From an uncultured Clostridia bacterium (GTDB taxonomy: Bacteria; Bacillota; Clostridia; Christensenellales; CAG-917), in assembly GCA_947382865.1 (NCBI GenBank), contig CANDBF010000002.1, positions 369 through 64,368 on the forward strand: a DNA stretch of 64,000 bases, given 5' to 3'. A model generated the notes under the pieces. It ran no database searches, was not told where the DNA came from, and saw only the letters and a list, made by a program, of their open reading frames with translations. Shown here in pieces: positions 34,930 through 43,249 of this stretch (within the stretch, counting starts at the first letter, position 1; every line of letters begins with the position of its first letter). Position numbers and translations under genes: made by a program.

Positions 34930-36018
34930 TTAATCGATGTTTTCCAGCATCTTATTCTGCACGGCTATGCGCAACGCCTCTATCATCTCGTCCATTTCGC
35001 CGAGCATAAACTTGTCCAGCGAGTAAAGCGTAAGTCCGATTCTGTGGTCGGTCACGCGCCCCTGCGGGAAGTTGTAGGTACGTATACGCTCGCTTCTGTC
35101 GCCCGTTCCGACCTGCGCGCGACGGTTTTCGGCGTACTCCTTCTGAGCCTGCGACTGGTAGTAGTCGTACACTCTGGATTTAAGCACCTTCATCGCCTTT
35201 TCCCTGTTCTTAATCTGGCTGCGCTCGTCCTGACACTCGACAACTATGCCCGTAGGAAGATGCGTCATACGTATCGCGCTCTCCGTCTTGTTTACGTGCT
35301 GTCCTCCCGCGCCGCCCGAACGGTAGGTATCCACCTTTATGTCGTTCTCGTTGAGGTTGATTTCAACGTCCTGCACCTCGGGAAGCACCGCGACCGTCAC
35401 CGTAGAGGTATGCACTCTTCCCTGCGACTCCGTCTCGGGAACGCGCTGTACGCGGTGCACGCCGCTCTCGTATTTCAGCTTGCCGTACGCGCCCTTGCCC
35501 GATATCATAAACACCAGCTCCTTCGCGCCGCCGAGCTCGGTGTAGTTCATATCCACCTCCTCGACCTTCCAGTTGTTCACGTCGGCATAGTGGCGGTACA
35601 TCTTCATAAGTTCCGTTCCGAACAAAGCCGCCTCGTCTCCTCCCGCGCCCGCGCGTATTTCCATAATGACGTTGTTATCCTCGTTGGGGTCCTTTGGAAG
35701 AAGTGATATTTTTATCTCCTCGATATCCTTTTCGAGCATCGCGCGCAAGCTGTCCGCGTCCGACTTGGCAAGGCTCTTCATTTCGGAGTCCATTTCCGTA
35801 ACCATCATAACGTTGCAATCCTCGAAGTCGCGTTTATGCTTCAAAAACGTCTCGTACTTTTCCACGATAGGCGCAAGATCCGAATGCTCCTTTGACAGCG
35901 AACGGAACCGCTCCTGATCGGCGATGACCTCGGGTTTGGTGAGAAGCACGTTTATAATCTCGTTATAACGCGCCGTAATCTTGTCGAGCTTGGAAATCAA
36001 TCCGTCACTTATTTTCAT
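34930..36018 (-). CDS. prfA: Peptide chain release factor 1
   Basis: [13 protein letters not shown] (GGQ motif) and PET (PxT tripeptide). 362 aa. GAGGAGG RBS inside the prmC 3' end. Confidence 0.93.
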   Translation of the reverse strand: MKISDGLISKLDKITARYNEIINVLLTKPEVIADQERFRSLSKEHSDLAPIVEKYETFLKHKRDFEDCNVMMVTEMDSEMKSLAKSDADSLRAMLEKDIEEIKISLLPKDPNEDNNVIMEIRAGAGGDEAALFGTELMKMYRHYADVNNWKVEEVDMNYTELGGAKELVFMISGKGAYGKLKYESGVHRVQRVPETESQGRVHTSTVTVAVLPEVQDVEINLNENDIKVDTYRSGGAGGQHVNKTESAIRMTHLPTGIVVECQDERSQIKNREKAMKVLKSRVYDYYQSQAQKEYAENRRAQVGTGDRSERIRTYNFPQGRVTDHRIGLTLYSLDKFMLGEMDEMIEALRIAVQNKMLENID

Positions 36019-37873
36019 TTTTCCTCCTCACGCGGGCTATACGCTCCACGCCCTCCATATCTTTTTCTATCCGTACCTCGAACTTGTCGAAAATACCCTT
36101 TATATCCTCCGCCTGATTTATGCCGAACTCCATCAGCAGAACTCCGTCTTCCGCAAGATGAGCGTTCAGCCCCTCCGCTATGCGGCGGTAAAAATCAAGC
36201 CCGTCCCTTCCGCCGTCGAGAGCGAGCGACGGCTCGAAATTCTTCACCTTTTCGTCGAGGCTCCCGATATCCGCGGTCGGGATGTAAGGCGGATTGGTAA
36301 TTATCACGTCGTAAACGCCCTCCGCTGCGCTCCACAAATCGCCGACGGCAAATTTTATATCTGCGCCCTCGTTGAGCGCGTTCGCCTTTGCCACGTCCAA
36401 CGCCGCGCCGCTTATATCCGTCGCGAGCACATCCGCTCCCGTCTTCTTTGCGATTACGACGGCTATTGCTCCGCTTCCCGTGCACAAATCCAGCGCTTTG
36501 ACGTCTTTTCCGCTCTCCTGTCTGTCCTTAATCTCGGATATAGCCTTTTCGACGAGCTCCTCCGTCTCTGGACGGGGAATTAGCACGTTCTGATTGACGG
36601 CAATCTTAATCCCGTAAAAATCGGCGTTCCCCAGCGCGTATTGCAGAGGCTTTCCGTCCGACATACGCTTCGCTATCTCCGTCGCGCCGTCGAACTGCGC
36701 CTTTGTAAGCGTTTTAAGCTCGGGGAGCTCGCTCCGCTTTACGCCCGTAGTCTCGGCGATAATCCAATCTATATCCGCCTCGTCCGCGCCCTTAGCCAGA
36801 TCCTCCAAACGCTTTCGCGCGACACCGTAGGGCACGCTTATATCGAATTTGCGTTCGGGGAGATTGGGATTCTCGTCCATTTCCATTACGGTCTTAAACG
36901 CGGCGAGCGACACTTCCAGCATATCGTCCGTCGGCTCCTTGGTAGTCAGCTTCTGCAACGCCATCCCCGGCGCGCGCAGAATGCGCACAAACAGGCAGTC
37001 GCTCTTTGCGAGCAGTTTGAGTATCTCATACGACGTTCCCGCCACGACTGGCAGGAACAACAGCTTGAAGCCGAGCTTAATAAGCGCGTCGACGACCTTT
37101 CTGCCGTCGAGCAGATTGCACCTATCCAGCATAAAGTTTATGAGCACGAATACGATTATGCTGACCGCCACCACGAAGAAGAGAAATGTAGTTCCGCAGC
37201 GGCTGTGCTCCCGTCTCATTTTTTTCGCGTTTTCGACGGTAAGGTCGAGCCCGTGCTCGTAACAGCTTATCACCTTATGCTCCGCGCCGTGATACATAAA
37301 CACTCTGCGCACGTCCTTCATAAGCGTGACGAGCAGGATATAGCAGATAAAAATAGTCAGCATAATCCCGCCCTCGATAAGGCTGTACCAAAGGCTTTTG
37401 AGGCTACTCGCGGCTATAACCGCAATGTTGTCGCAGATAAGACTTGCGAGGAAGTTTGGCAAAAACACAAAAAGCCCCACCGCCAGCACGATGCCCAGTA
37501 TCACGGAAAACGCCATAAGCAGATTCATCGGATTGATTTTCAGCTTATCCGCCATCCACTTGTCGAGCTTGGACGGCTCCGCGTAATCCCCGTAGACCTC
37601 GGCGGAGCGCAAAATTATGCCCGTACCCTGAAAGAGCTGGGACACAAGATTGACGACGCCTCTTATAAAGGGCAAGCGGAAGAACACGTTTTTTTCCTTT
37701 GCGCTCTTGATATACTTGCTTTCAATAGTAATATCTCCGCTCGGGGCGCGCACCGCTGTCGCCATCGACCTCGCGCCCTTCATCATAACGCCTTCGAGCA
37801 CCGCCTGTCCGCCTATGGACGTACGCCTTACGGCTTTGGATTTTTGGGTTTTTTCCTTTTTACATTCTGCCAT
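36005..37873 (-). CDS. prmC: Fusion protein: DUF1385 (YqhQ-like membrane domain) + release-factor glutamine methyltransferase PrmC
   Basis: N-terminal part has [14 protein letters not shown], multiple TM helices and [10 protein letters not shown]-terminal part has [11 protein letters not shown] and NPPY. The start ATG 37873 (MAECKKEK...) was chosen over the track's 37972. The gene overlaps prfA by 14 nt. Confidence 0.8.
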   Translation of the reverse strand: MAECKKEKTQKSKAVRRTSIGGQAVLEGVMMKGARSMATAVRAPSGDITIESKYIKSAKEKNVFFRLPFIRGVVNLVSQLFQGTGIILRSAEVYGDYAEPSKLDKWMADKLKINPMNLLMAFSVILGIVLAVGLFVFLPNFLASLICDNIAVIAASSLKSLWYSLIEGGIMLTIFICYILLVTLMKDVRRVFMYHGAEHKVISCYEHGLDLTVENAKKMRREHSRCGTTFLFFVVAVSIIVFVLINFMLDRCNLLDGRKVVDALIKLGFKLLFLPVVAGTSYEILKLLAKSDCLFVRILRAPGMALQKLTTKEPTDDMLEVSLAAFKTVMEMDENPNLPERKFDISVPYGVARKRLEDLAKGADEADIDWIIAETTGVKRSELPELKTLTKAQFDGATEIAKRMSDGKPLQYALGNADFYGIKIAVNQNVLIPRPETEELVEKAISEIKDRQESGKDVKALDLCTGSGAIAVVIAKKTGADVLATDISGAALDVAKANALNEGADIKFAVGDLWSAAEGVYDVIITNPPYIPTADIGSLDEKVKNFEPSLALDGGRDGLDFYRRIAEGLNAHLAEDGVLLMEFGINQAEDIKGIFDKFEVRIEKDMEGVERIARVRRKNENK

Positions 37874-37944
37874 TTTGTATCGAACCCCGTAAAAACAAGC
37901 GAAACAAAATCCGTATAACTTCGGCGCATATCGCATGAGTGCGC

Positions 37945-37987
37945 CTCGAAAAATAGCAAAATGCAGACACAAACGAGTGTCTGCATT
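37945..37987 (-). terminator. Terminator after rpmE
   Basis: Stem AATGCAGACAC/GTGTCTGCATT (11 bp). On the minus strand it is followed by TTTGCTATTTTTCG. Confidence 0.7.
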
Positions 37988-37994
37988 GGTTTTG

Positions 37995-38201
37995 CTAGTT
38001 GAGATTGTATCTCTTCTTGAACTTATCGACGCGTCCGCCCGTATCGACCAGCTTCTGCTTGCCCGTAAAATAGGGGTGGCACTTGGAGCAGATTTCGACC
38101 TTCATCTCGGTCACGTCCTTGGTGGTGCCTGTCTGAAAAGTATGTCCGCAAGCGCAAATAACGGTCACGTCGTGGTAATTAGGATGAATACCCTCTTTCA
38201 T
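37995..38201 (-). CDS. rpmE: 50S ribosomal protein L31 (Zn-ribbon type)
   Basis: [10 protein letters not shown]...CACGHTF...[13 protein letters not shown]. 68 aa. Confidence 0.95.
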   Translation of the reverse strand: MKEGIHPNYHDVTVICACGHTFQTGTTKDVTEMKVEICSKCHPYFTGKQKLVDTGGRVDKFKKRYNLN

Positions 38202-38274
38202 TCTGGAACTCCTGTAATTCGTTTTTTTGCACCCACATGCGCCAGATTACGCATATATGATACAAAGTTTCTTT

Positions 38275-38303
38275 ATTATATACATAAAAAATCACATTGT
38301 CAA
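38275..38303 (-). promoter_or_regulatory. Sigma-70-type promoter for rpmE
   Basis: On the minus strand: TTGACA (38303..38298), 17-nt spacer, TATAAT (38280..38275). Confidence 0.65.
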
Positions 38304-38324
38304 GGATTTGATAAGACGGATTTT

Positions 38325-39035
38325 TTACCGGTACAACTCTTTGAGCAGACTTTCCCTCACCTGCGCAAGCGCGCCGTCGCCGAGAGCTCTTTCCTTCTGC
38401 GGCGTATCTATGCTCCCTCCGAACGAAATCCGCGCGGGGCTTCCCGAGAGCACAAAGTATTCGTCCGCAAGCAAAAGACACTCGTCGATGGCGTGGGTCA
38501 CGAAAATCACCGTCCTGTTTTCCTTTTCGTTTAGCCGTACCAGCTGTCTTATAAGCCTCGCCTTCAAAGCGGTGTCCAGAGCCTTGAACGGCTCGTCGAG
38601 CAGCAGAACGTCGCTCGGGTAAAGATACGCCCTCGCCATCGCCGCTCGCTGCGCCTGTCCGCCGCTCAGCATTGTCGGCAGCTTGTAAGCGCAATCGGAA
38701 ATTTCCAGCAAATCCAGCATATCGAGTATGCGGCGTTTGCGTTCGCTTTTGTCCTTAAAAATCGTGCGTAAAATCAAATCAAGGTTTTTATATACCGAAA
38801 TCGTAGGTATCAACCTGTCTTTCTGAAAAATATAGCTTACTCCGTCTCCGGTTTTCTCCACCGTGCCGTCAAATGGAATAAGTCCCGCGACTGCGTTGAG
38901 AAGCGTTGTTTTTCCCACTCCGCTTCCGCCGAGAATGACGCTTATTCTATGCTCGGCAAACTCCGCGGAGAAATCTTCAAGCACTGTTTCGTCGCCGTAT
39001 GAAACGCTCAGATTTTTTATAATCACGCCCGACAT
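38325..39035 (-). CDS. ABC transporter ATP-binding protein (NitT/TauT-type)
   Basis: Start moved from the track's 39272 to ATG 39035 (GGGAGGTG RBS). Motifs GGSGVGKTT, LSGGQAQR and LLLDEP. Confidence 0.88.
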   Translation of the reverse strand: MSGVIIKNLSVSYGDETVLEDFSAEFAEHRISVILGGSGVGKTTLLNAVAGLIPFDGTVEKTGDGVSYIFQKDRLIPTISVYKNLDLILRTIFKDKSERKRRILDMLDLLEISDCAYKLPTMLSGGQAQRAAMARAYLYPSDVLLLDEPFKALDTALKARLIRQLVRLNEKENRTVIFVTHAIDECLLLADEYFVLSGSPARISFGGSIDTPQKERALGDGALAQVRESLLKELYR

Positions 39036-39808
39036 CTCGACACCTCCCACAGCTTCTTGCAGCCTGCCGCAACGGCTTCGAGCACAAAACTGAATACTAT
39101 TGCAATCAGCGTCCAAGCAAGCAGATAGCTCACGTCGAAGGTCGCGTAAGCAATCTGAATATTTGCGCCGATACTGCGCGCGATACTTGTCAGTATTTCG
39201 GCGGCAACCACGACCTTCAACGTGAGCGACAGCGTCGACCTGCCGGTATCGAAAAGATTTTCGGCTATACACGGCAGATAAATAAATCTTATTCTGTCCG
39301 CGGGTCGCACCTTATACAGCCTTGCCATATTCAGCAAATCCCCGTCCACTCCCGTAATCGCGCTGTAAAATGAGGAATACATTATAGGGAACGCAATCAG
39401 AAAGCCTACGACAACGGACATCGAATCGTTGTTCATAAACGCGTAAAGTATGAGTATGACCGCAACCGTCGGCGCGGCGCGCAGCACAGATACTATCGGA
39501 GAGAGCACTCTGTGCAAAGGCTTGCAAAGCCCCGATAGAGCCGCAAGCAAAAGCGCGAGCGCAAACGACGTAAAAAAACAAATAAAAGTTCTCAGCAAGG
39601 TGGCAAGCACGTCAAGCCAGAACCCGCCCGAGGCTCCCAGTCTGAAAAAGGTCGAGAGTACGACGTCCGGCATAGGGAGCACCAGAGGATTGTTTTTTAT
39701 TTTCGCCGCGACAGCCCAAAACGCCAGCATTATCGCAAATGCCAGCAGCGGATAAAAGATATTGAGCGCAATACGCTTCGCCGTCTTTTTATCGGGCTTG
39801 AATTTCAT
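39023..39808 (-). CDS. ABC transporter permease (NitT/TauT-type)
   Basis: 261 aa with about 6 TM helices. Overlaps the ATPase gene start by 13 nt. Confidence 0.8.
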   Translation of the reverse strand: MKFKPDKKTAKRIALNIFYPLLAFAIMLAFWAVAAKIKNNPLVLPMPDVVLSTFFRLGASGGFWLDVLATLLRTFICFFTSFALALLLAALSGLCKPLHRVLSPIVSVLRAAPTVAVILILYAFMNNDSMSVVVGFLIAFPIMYSSFYSAITGVDGDLLNMARLYKVRPADRIRFIYLPCIAENLFDTGRSTLSLTLKVVVAAEILTSIARSIGANIQIAYATFDVSYLLAWTLIAIVFSFVLEAVAAGCKKLWEVSRCRA

Positions 39809-39858
39809 AGGCTTTTACTTTCAAAGGCTCGACTAAGCGCCGCGCCTCCTGTTTACAA

Positions 39859-40863
39859 TCAGAAAATCTGCTCTTTCGCAAGATCCCAGTTTATATCGTT
39901 CTGCTGGGGATCCTTGGGCATAATGTTTTTGAGGAAGGTTATAATTCTGCTCTTCGTCTGCTCGTCAAGTCTTGTCGCGTTTATCGCGCATCTGGGTATG
40001 GAAGCCGCGGGGAAAACGGCGGACTGATAAAGGTTTGCCTTTGCATATTCCGTGACCGCCGCCGCGTTTGACGTCACCCACGCCTTGCTTGCCGCAAGCG
40101 CGTCGAACAGCGAGTTCATAAAGGTTTCGTTATTTGTAAGCTCAGTGCGCACAAACAGTCCCGCCTGAGGATAGTTCTCTCCGTTTGCGGAGGGATTTAC
40201 GTTCCTGTACTCTGTCTGCAAGTTCATTTCGGCGTTAATTCCGAGTGCCTGAATGCTCTTAAACTGCGTTGCGGCAGGCTCGCCTACAACGGCGAAATCG
40301 GCATTTTTCGCCGCAAGCAATTCCTTTGCTTCCGCGCCATCCGCAACGTACTGCACGAGCGCCTGATTGCCCGTCGGCGTGCCGCTTGAAATAAGCTCTA
40401 TGCCGTTGTTTTTCATAACGTATCTGAACACCAGTCCGGGCACTCCGTTATTCCCGATACAGGCGATTCTCTTGCCCTTGATATCCGCAAAGGTTATCGT
40501 ATTTCCGCCGTCCTTTTTGCCGACCATAAACAGGCTTCCCTCGACGGCAATGCTCACTAGCTTATAAGGCGCGCCCGCCTTAATCTGCATTGCGCCTACG
40601 TTCACGGGCATTATAACGATATCCGACTTATTGGAAGCCATTTCCGCGGCGATGTTGGACGGTGACACCACGGCGTAATTTATCTTTTCGCCGCCGATAC
40701 TTCCGTTGTCCGATACAAGTCTCGCCATCGCGAGGGCGGGAGTGCCTTCGGGAGCGGTAAATCTGAGCCCCTCGTTTTTATCGCACGCAACAAAACCTAT
40801 TGCCATAGCCGCAGCTACGGCGATTACGGCTACGATAGCCATAAGTTTCGCAAATCTTTTCAT
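39859..40863 (-). CDS. ABC transporter substrate-binding lipoprotein (NMT1/THI5/SsuA-like)
   Basis: Start moved from the track's 40980 to ATG 40863 (GAGGTG RBS). N-terminus MKRFAKLMAIVAVIAVAAAMAIGFVAC-DKN carries a lipobox. Confidence 0.75.
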   Translation of the reverse strand: MKRFAKLMAIVAVIAVAAAMAIGFVACDKNEGLRFTAPEGTPALAMARLVSDNGSIGGEKINYAVVSPSNIAAEMASNKSDIVIMPVNVGAMQIKAGAPYKLVSIAVEGSLFMVGKKDGGNTITFADIKGKRIACIGNNGVPGLVFRYVMKNNGIELISSGTPTGNQALVQYVADGAEAKELLAAKNADFAVVGEPAATQFKSIQALGINAEMNLQTEYRNVNPSANGENYPQAGLFVRTELTNNETFMNSLFDALAASKAWVTSNAAAVTEYAKANLYQSAVFPAASIPRCAINATRLDEQTKSRIITFLKNIMPKDPQQNDINWDLAKEQIF

Positions 40864-40963
40864 TTTGCACCTCAATTTATTAATAATATTTATTCTATAA
40901 TTCCGCCAAAACCTCTCGCGGCTAGGCTTACGCGTATCGAGAGGACTATATTTAGCTTTGCCA

Positions 40964-41215
40964 TTAATCTTCGAGTTCAAAAGAAGTGAGCGCGGATTTC
41001 ACGCTCAAATCCCCAAACTGTCCGAGCCTTCCCGTAAGCGCGCAAATGCGCTCCTGCGCGCCCTCTACGATAAGCGCAATCGTATTCACGCCCTCTCTCG
41101 GCACACCCATACGCCCTACTATAATATCCGCAAAATCGCTAAGCACCTTTTGCATTTCTGCGACGACCGAGCGCCCGCCCTTGACAACGATTCCGACCAC
41201 GCCTATTCTTTTCAT
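40964..41215 (-). CDS. Small ACT/CopG-like protein resembling the TM1266 putative iron-only-hydrogenase-system regulator family
   Basis: GGAGG RBS. Sequence MKRIGVVGIVVKGGRSVVAEMQKVLSDFADIIVGRMGVPREGVNTIALIVEGAQERICALTGRLGQFGDLSVKSAL. Family assignment is from memory. Confidence 0.6.
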   Translation of the reverse strand: MKRIGVVGIVVKGGRSVVAEMQKVLSDFADIIVGRMGVPREGVNTIALIVEGAQERICALTGRLGQFGDLSVKSALTSFELED

Positions 41216-41408
41216 AAAGCCTCCGTATTTCCGCGCGATTAAATCCCAAAAAGGATATTAAAAACGCGCCGCCGTGCAAGACGGCAGCGCGTGATTATGC
41301 GCGTATATTTATATCCGTCTTACACTCCGAACCATGTCCCGCACACTCATCGTTTCGGTTTTCACCTCCACTCCGACTTTACTTAGGGACGTTCATCGTT
41401 TTAGATTT
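41216..41408 (-). promoter_or_regulatory. Riboswitch-like leader with intrinsic terminator and antiterminator (class not identified)
   Basis: On the minus strand the terminator is ACGCGCTGCCG-tcttgca-CGGCGGCGCGT followed by TTTTTAATATCCTTTTT (plus coordinates 41245-41292). Upstream GTAAGACGG (41323..41315) is complementary to CCGTCTTGC, which forms the terminator's 5' arm and loop (41284..41276). A closing helix GAACGTCCC/GGGACatGGTTC (41394..41329) encloses a purine-rich hairpin. Confidence 0.55.
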
Positions 41409-41415
41409 CGTCTAT

Positions 41416-41444
41416 ATAATACGTTTCTTTCGCCCGTATGTCAA
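41416..41444 (-). promoter_or_regulatory. Sigma-70-type promoter of the leader/TM1266-like/ABC operon
   Basis: On the minus strand: TTGACA (41444..41439), 17-nt spacer, TATTAT (41421..41416). Confidence 0.65.
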
Positions 41445-41466
41445 GCGAAAGCGCTCAAAAGCTATC

Positions 41467-43236
41467 TCATTCTCCCGTAACGAAGCCGAGAAGCGCCACA
41501 ATTCCGGGCAAAGCGCTTTTTATCAACTCGTCGGTATATGGCTTTGCCTCCTGCTCCGACAGTGAAACCTTGACAAACTGCCAATTCGCGACTGTAAGCA
41601 GCGAATTTCTTATTTCTCCCCCGTCCTCATAAAATTCCGAGATAAACTCGTTTATGTCGGCGGTCGCCTTTGCCATACACTCGGCAACGACAAGGTTGAC
41701 CTTGCGCAAGCCCTCGGTCATATAGTATTCATACCAGAGCGCAGTCTCTTGCACGGAATAAGGATTTCGGATATCGTAGCTCTCGAATGAACACAGATTC
41801 GCAATAAACAACAAATCCGAAAGCTCGGCTTTGCCGACCGTGTAGTCGAAATATCTCTGTTTGAGCTTTTCAAGATAAGGATTGAGGAACAGCACCGTAG
41901 AGAGAATATCCCCCAGCGACTCGTTGTCGATTATATCGGGATGAGCCGCAAGCAAGCCCGTATCCTCGTCGAAGTCGTACAGCACGGATTTTATGTTGAG
42001 CGCGATATCAAGAGCGAAAAGCGGAACGGATTTCTGAAAATCGTTCGCGCTTCTGTCTCCCGCCGCTGAAATAATCCCTTTCAGCTCCGACTGTGTATAG
42101 GTATTCATAACCTCCAACAAAATCTTTGCGGTTATAATGCTTTCGTTTATGCCATTTGAGGTTTCGTTCAGGCTCTCGCTTATATCCGCTATTTCACGCA
42201 TATCGGCGACGAAGCCGTCCGACTTGACCACGTTGCCGGCTGCGGTCACAATATCGCAAATCACGGGAATGACGTCCACAATCGAATATGCGTATTTGGC
42301 GTATCTAACAATTTGGGAATACAGCGCCGAATTTATCGTATCGTCGTCGAATTTTTTTATTATAAGATCGAGAGCCAGATTGAGTTTTGCAAGCGAGGGC
42401 GCGTCCAGCGCGTCTTTAAGGTCGGCAATGTTCAGAAGCAGAGTATCGACAAGCGTAGCAATTTCACCGTCGGTTATATTTTCCAGCGCGCCGCCTCCGC
42501 CAAACAGCGCGTCCAGCATATTATCGCTTATTCCCGTAACCGACGTATTGTACGCAAAAGCCGTAAGCTCGTTAAGCGGCTGCTTGGCATTCGTAAAAGC
42601 CGTCAGCATCTGCTCTCTTTCGCTCGCGCTCGGGATATATGTCGACTTTGCAGAGTTCAGGTTTCCTATATAAATCCCGAGATTTGAATAGGGCTTCACT
42701 CCTATACCCGCTATACCGCGTATTTCGTTCATCCTTGCAATCATAGCGTCAATCGTACTGCCGCCCTTGTCCACAAGCGCGTACATAAGCTCGTAAACGA
42801 GATTGGAAATATCGGTAGGCGTAAACCCTACCTGTCTCACAAGAGTGATCAACAGCTCCGCGTTTGCGGAAAAGTTTTTGATAAGCGACTGACCGTCCTC
42901 CGAAGACATCGCGGTCGCAAGCGCTTTCAGCTTTGCCGTCTGCAAATCCGACTCCAAAAGCGTATCGCAGACAAGCTGCGTCCAGCCCGCCGTAACCACG
43001 TATTCCCCCGCGTCGTCGAGAGCTGCGATTTGCCCGTTTTCAAAGCTCCCCTGCCATTCGGATTTTATGCCGTTGAGAAAGGCGTGCTTCACCGTCGCCA
43101 CGCTCTGCACTCGCTCCTGTCTGTCACGCTCCGCCGCGCTAGGTTTTTTATGACAGGCAAAAAGCGCGCCCGCGCAGGCGACGACGACCAAAACCGCTAG
43201 CAATGCCGATGCAATTTTTTGAAACGCGCTTTTCAT
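41467..43236 (-). CDS. Large alpha-helical lipoprotein (589 aa), unknown; last gene of the MacB-type ABC operon
   Basis: GGAGG RBS. N-terminus MKSAFQKIASALLAVLVVVACAGALFAC-HKK carries a lipobox. It starts 13 nt after the permease stop. Confidence 0.7.
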   Translation of the reverse strand: MKSAFQKIASALLAVLVVVACAGALFACHKKPSAAERDRQERVQSVATVKHAFLNGIKSEWQGSFENGQIAALDDAGEYVVTAGWTQLVCDTLLESDLQTAKLKALATAMSSEDGQSLIKNFSANAELLITLVRQVGFTPTDISNLVYELMYALVDKGGSTIDAMIARMNEIRGIAGIGVKPYSNLGIYIGNLNSAKSTYIPSASEREQMLTAFTNAKQPLNELTAFAYNTSVTGISDNMLDALFGGGGALENITDGEIATLVDTLLLNIADLKDALDAPSLAKLNLALDLIIKKFDDDTINSALYSQIVRYAKYAYSIVDVIPVICDIVTAAGNVVKSDGFVADMREIADISESLNETSNGINESIITAKILLEVMNTYTQSELKGIISAAGDRSANDFQKSVPLFALDIALNIKSVLYDFDEDTGLLAAHPDIIDNESLGDILSTVLFLNPYLEKLKQRYFDYTVGKAELSDLLFIANLCSFESYDIRNPYSVQETALWYEYYMTEGLRKVNLVVAECMAKATADINEFISEFYEDGGEIRNSLLTVANWQFVKVSLSEQEAKPYTDELIKSALPGIVALLGFVTGE

Positions 43237-43249
43237 ACAACCTCCGAAA

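Noticed and set aside
41216-41408. Assignment of the leader to TPP, guanidine-I (ykkC), SAM-I, glycine, ZTP, Moco, cobalamin or T-box classes.
   Set aside because: The hallmark sequences I remember are not present (CUGAGA/ACCUGAUCUGGAUAAUGCCAGCG, CUAGGGUUCCG...GGUCCGAGAG, GGUGGUACCGCG and others). The leader is left unclassified rather than forced into a class.
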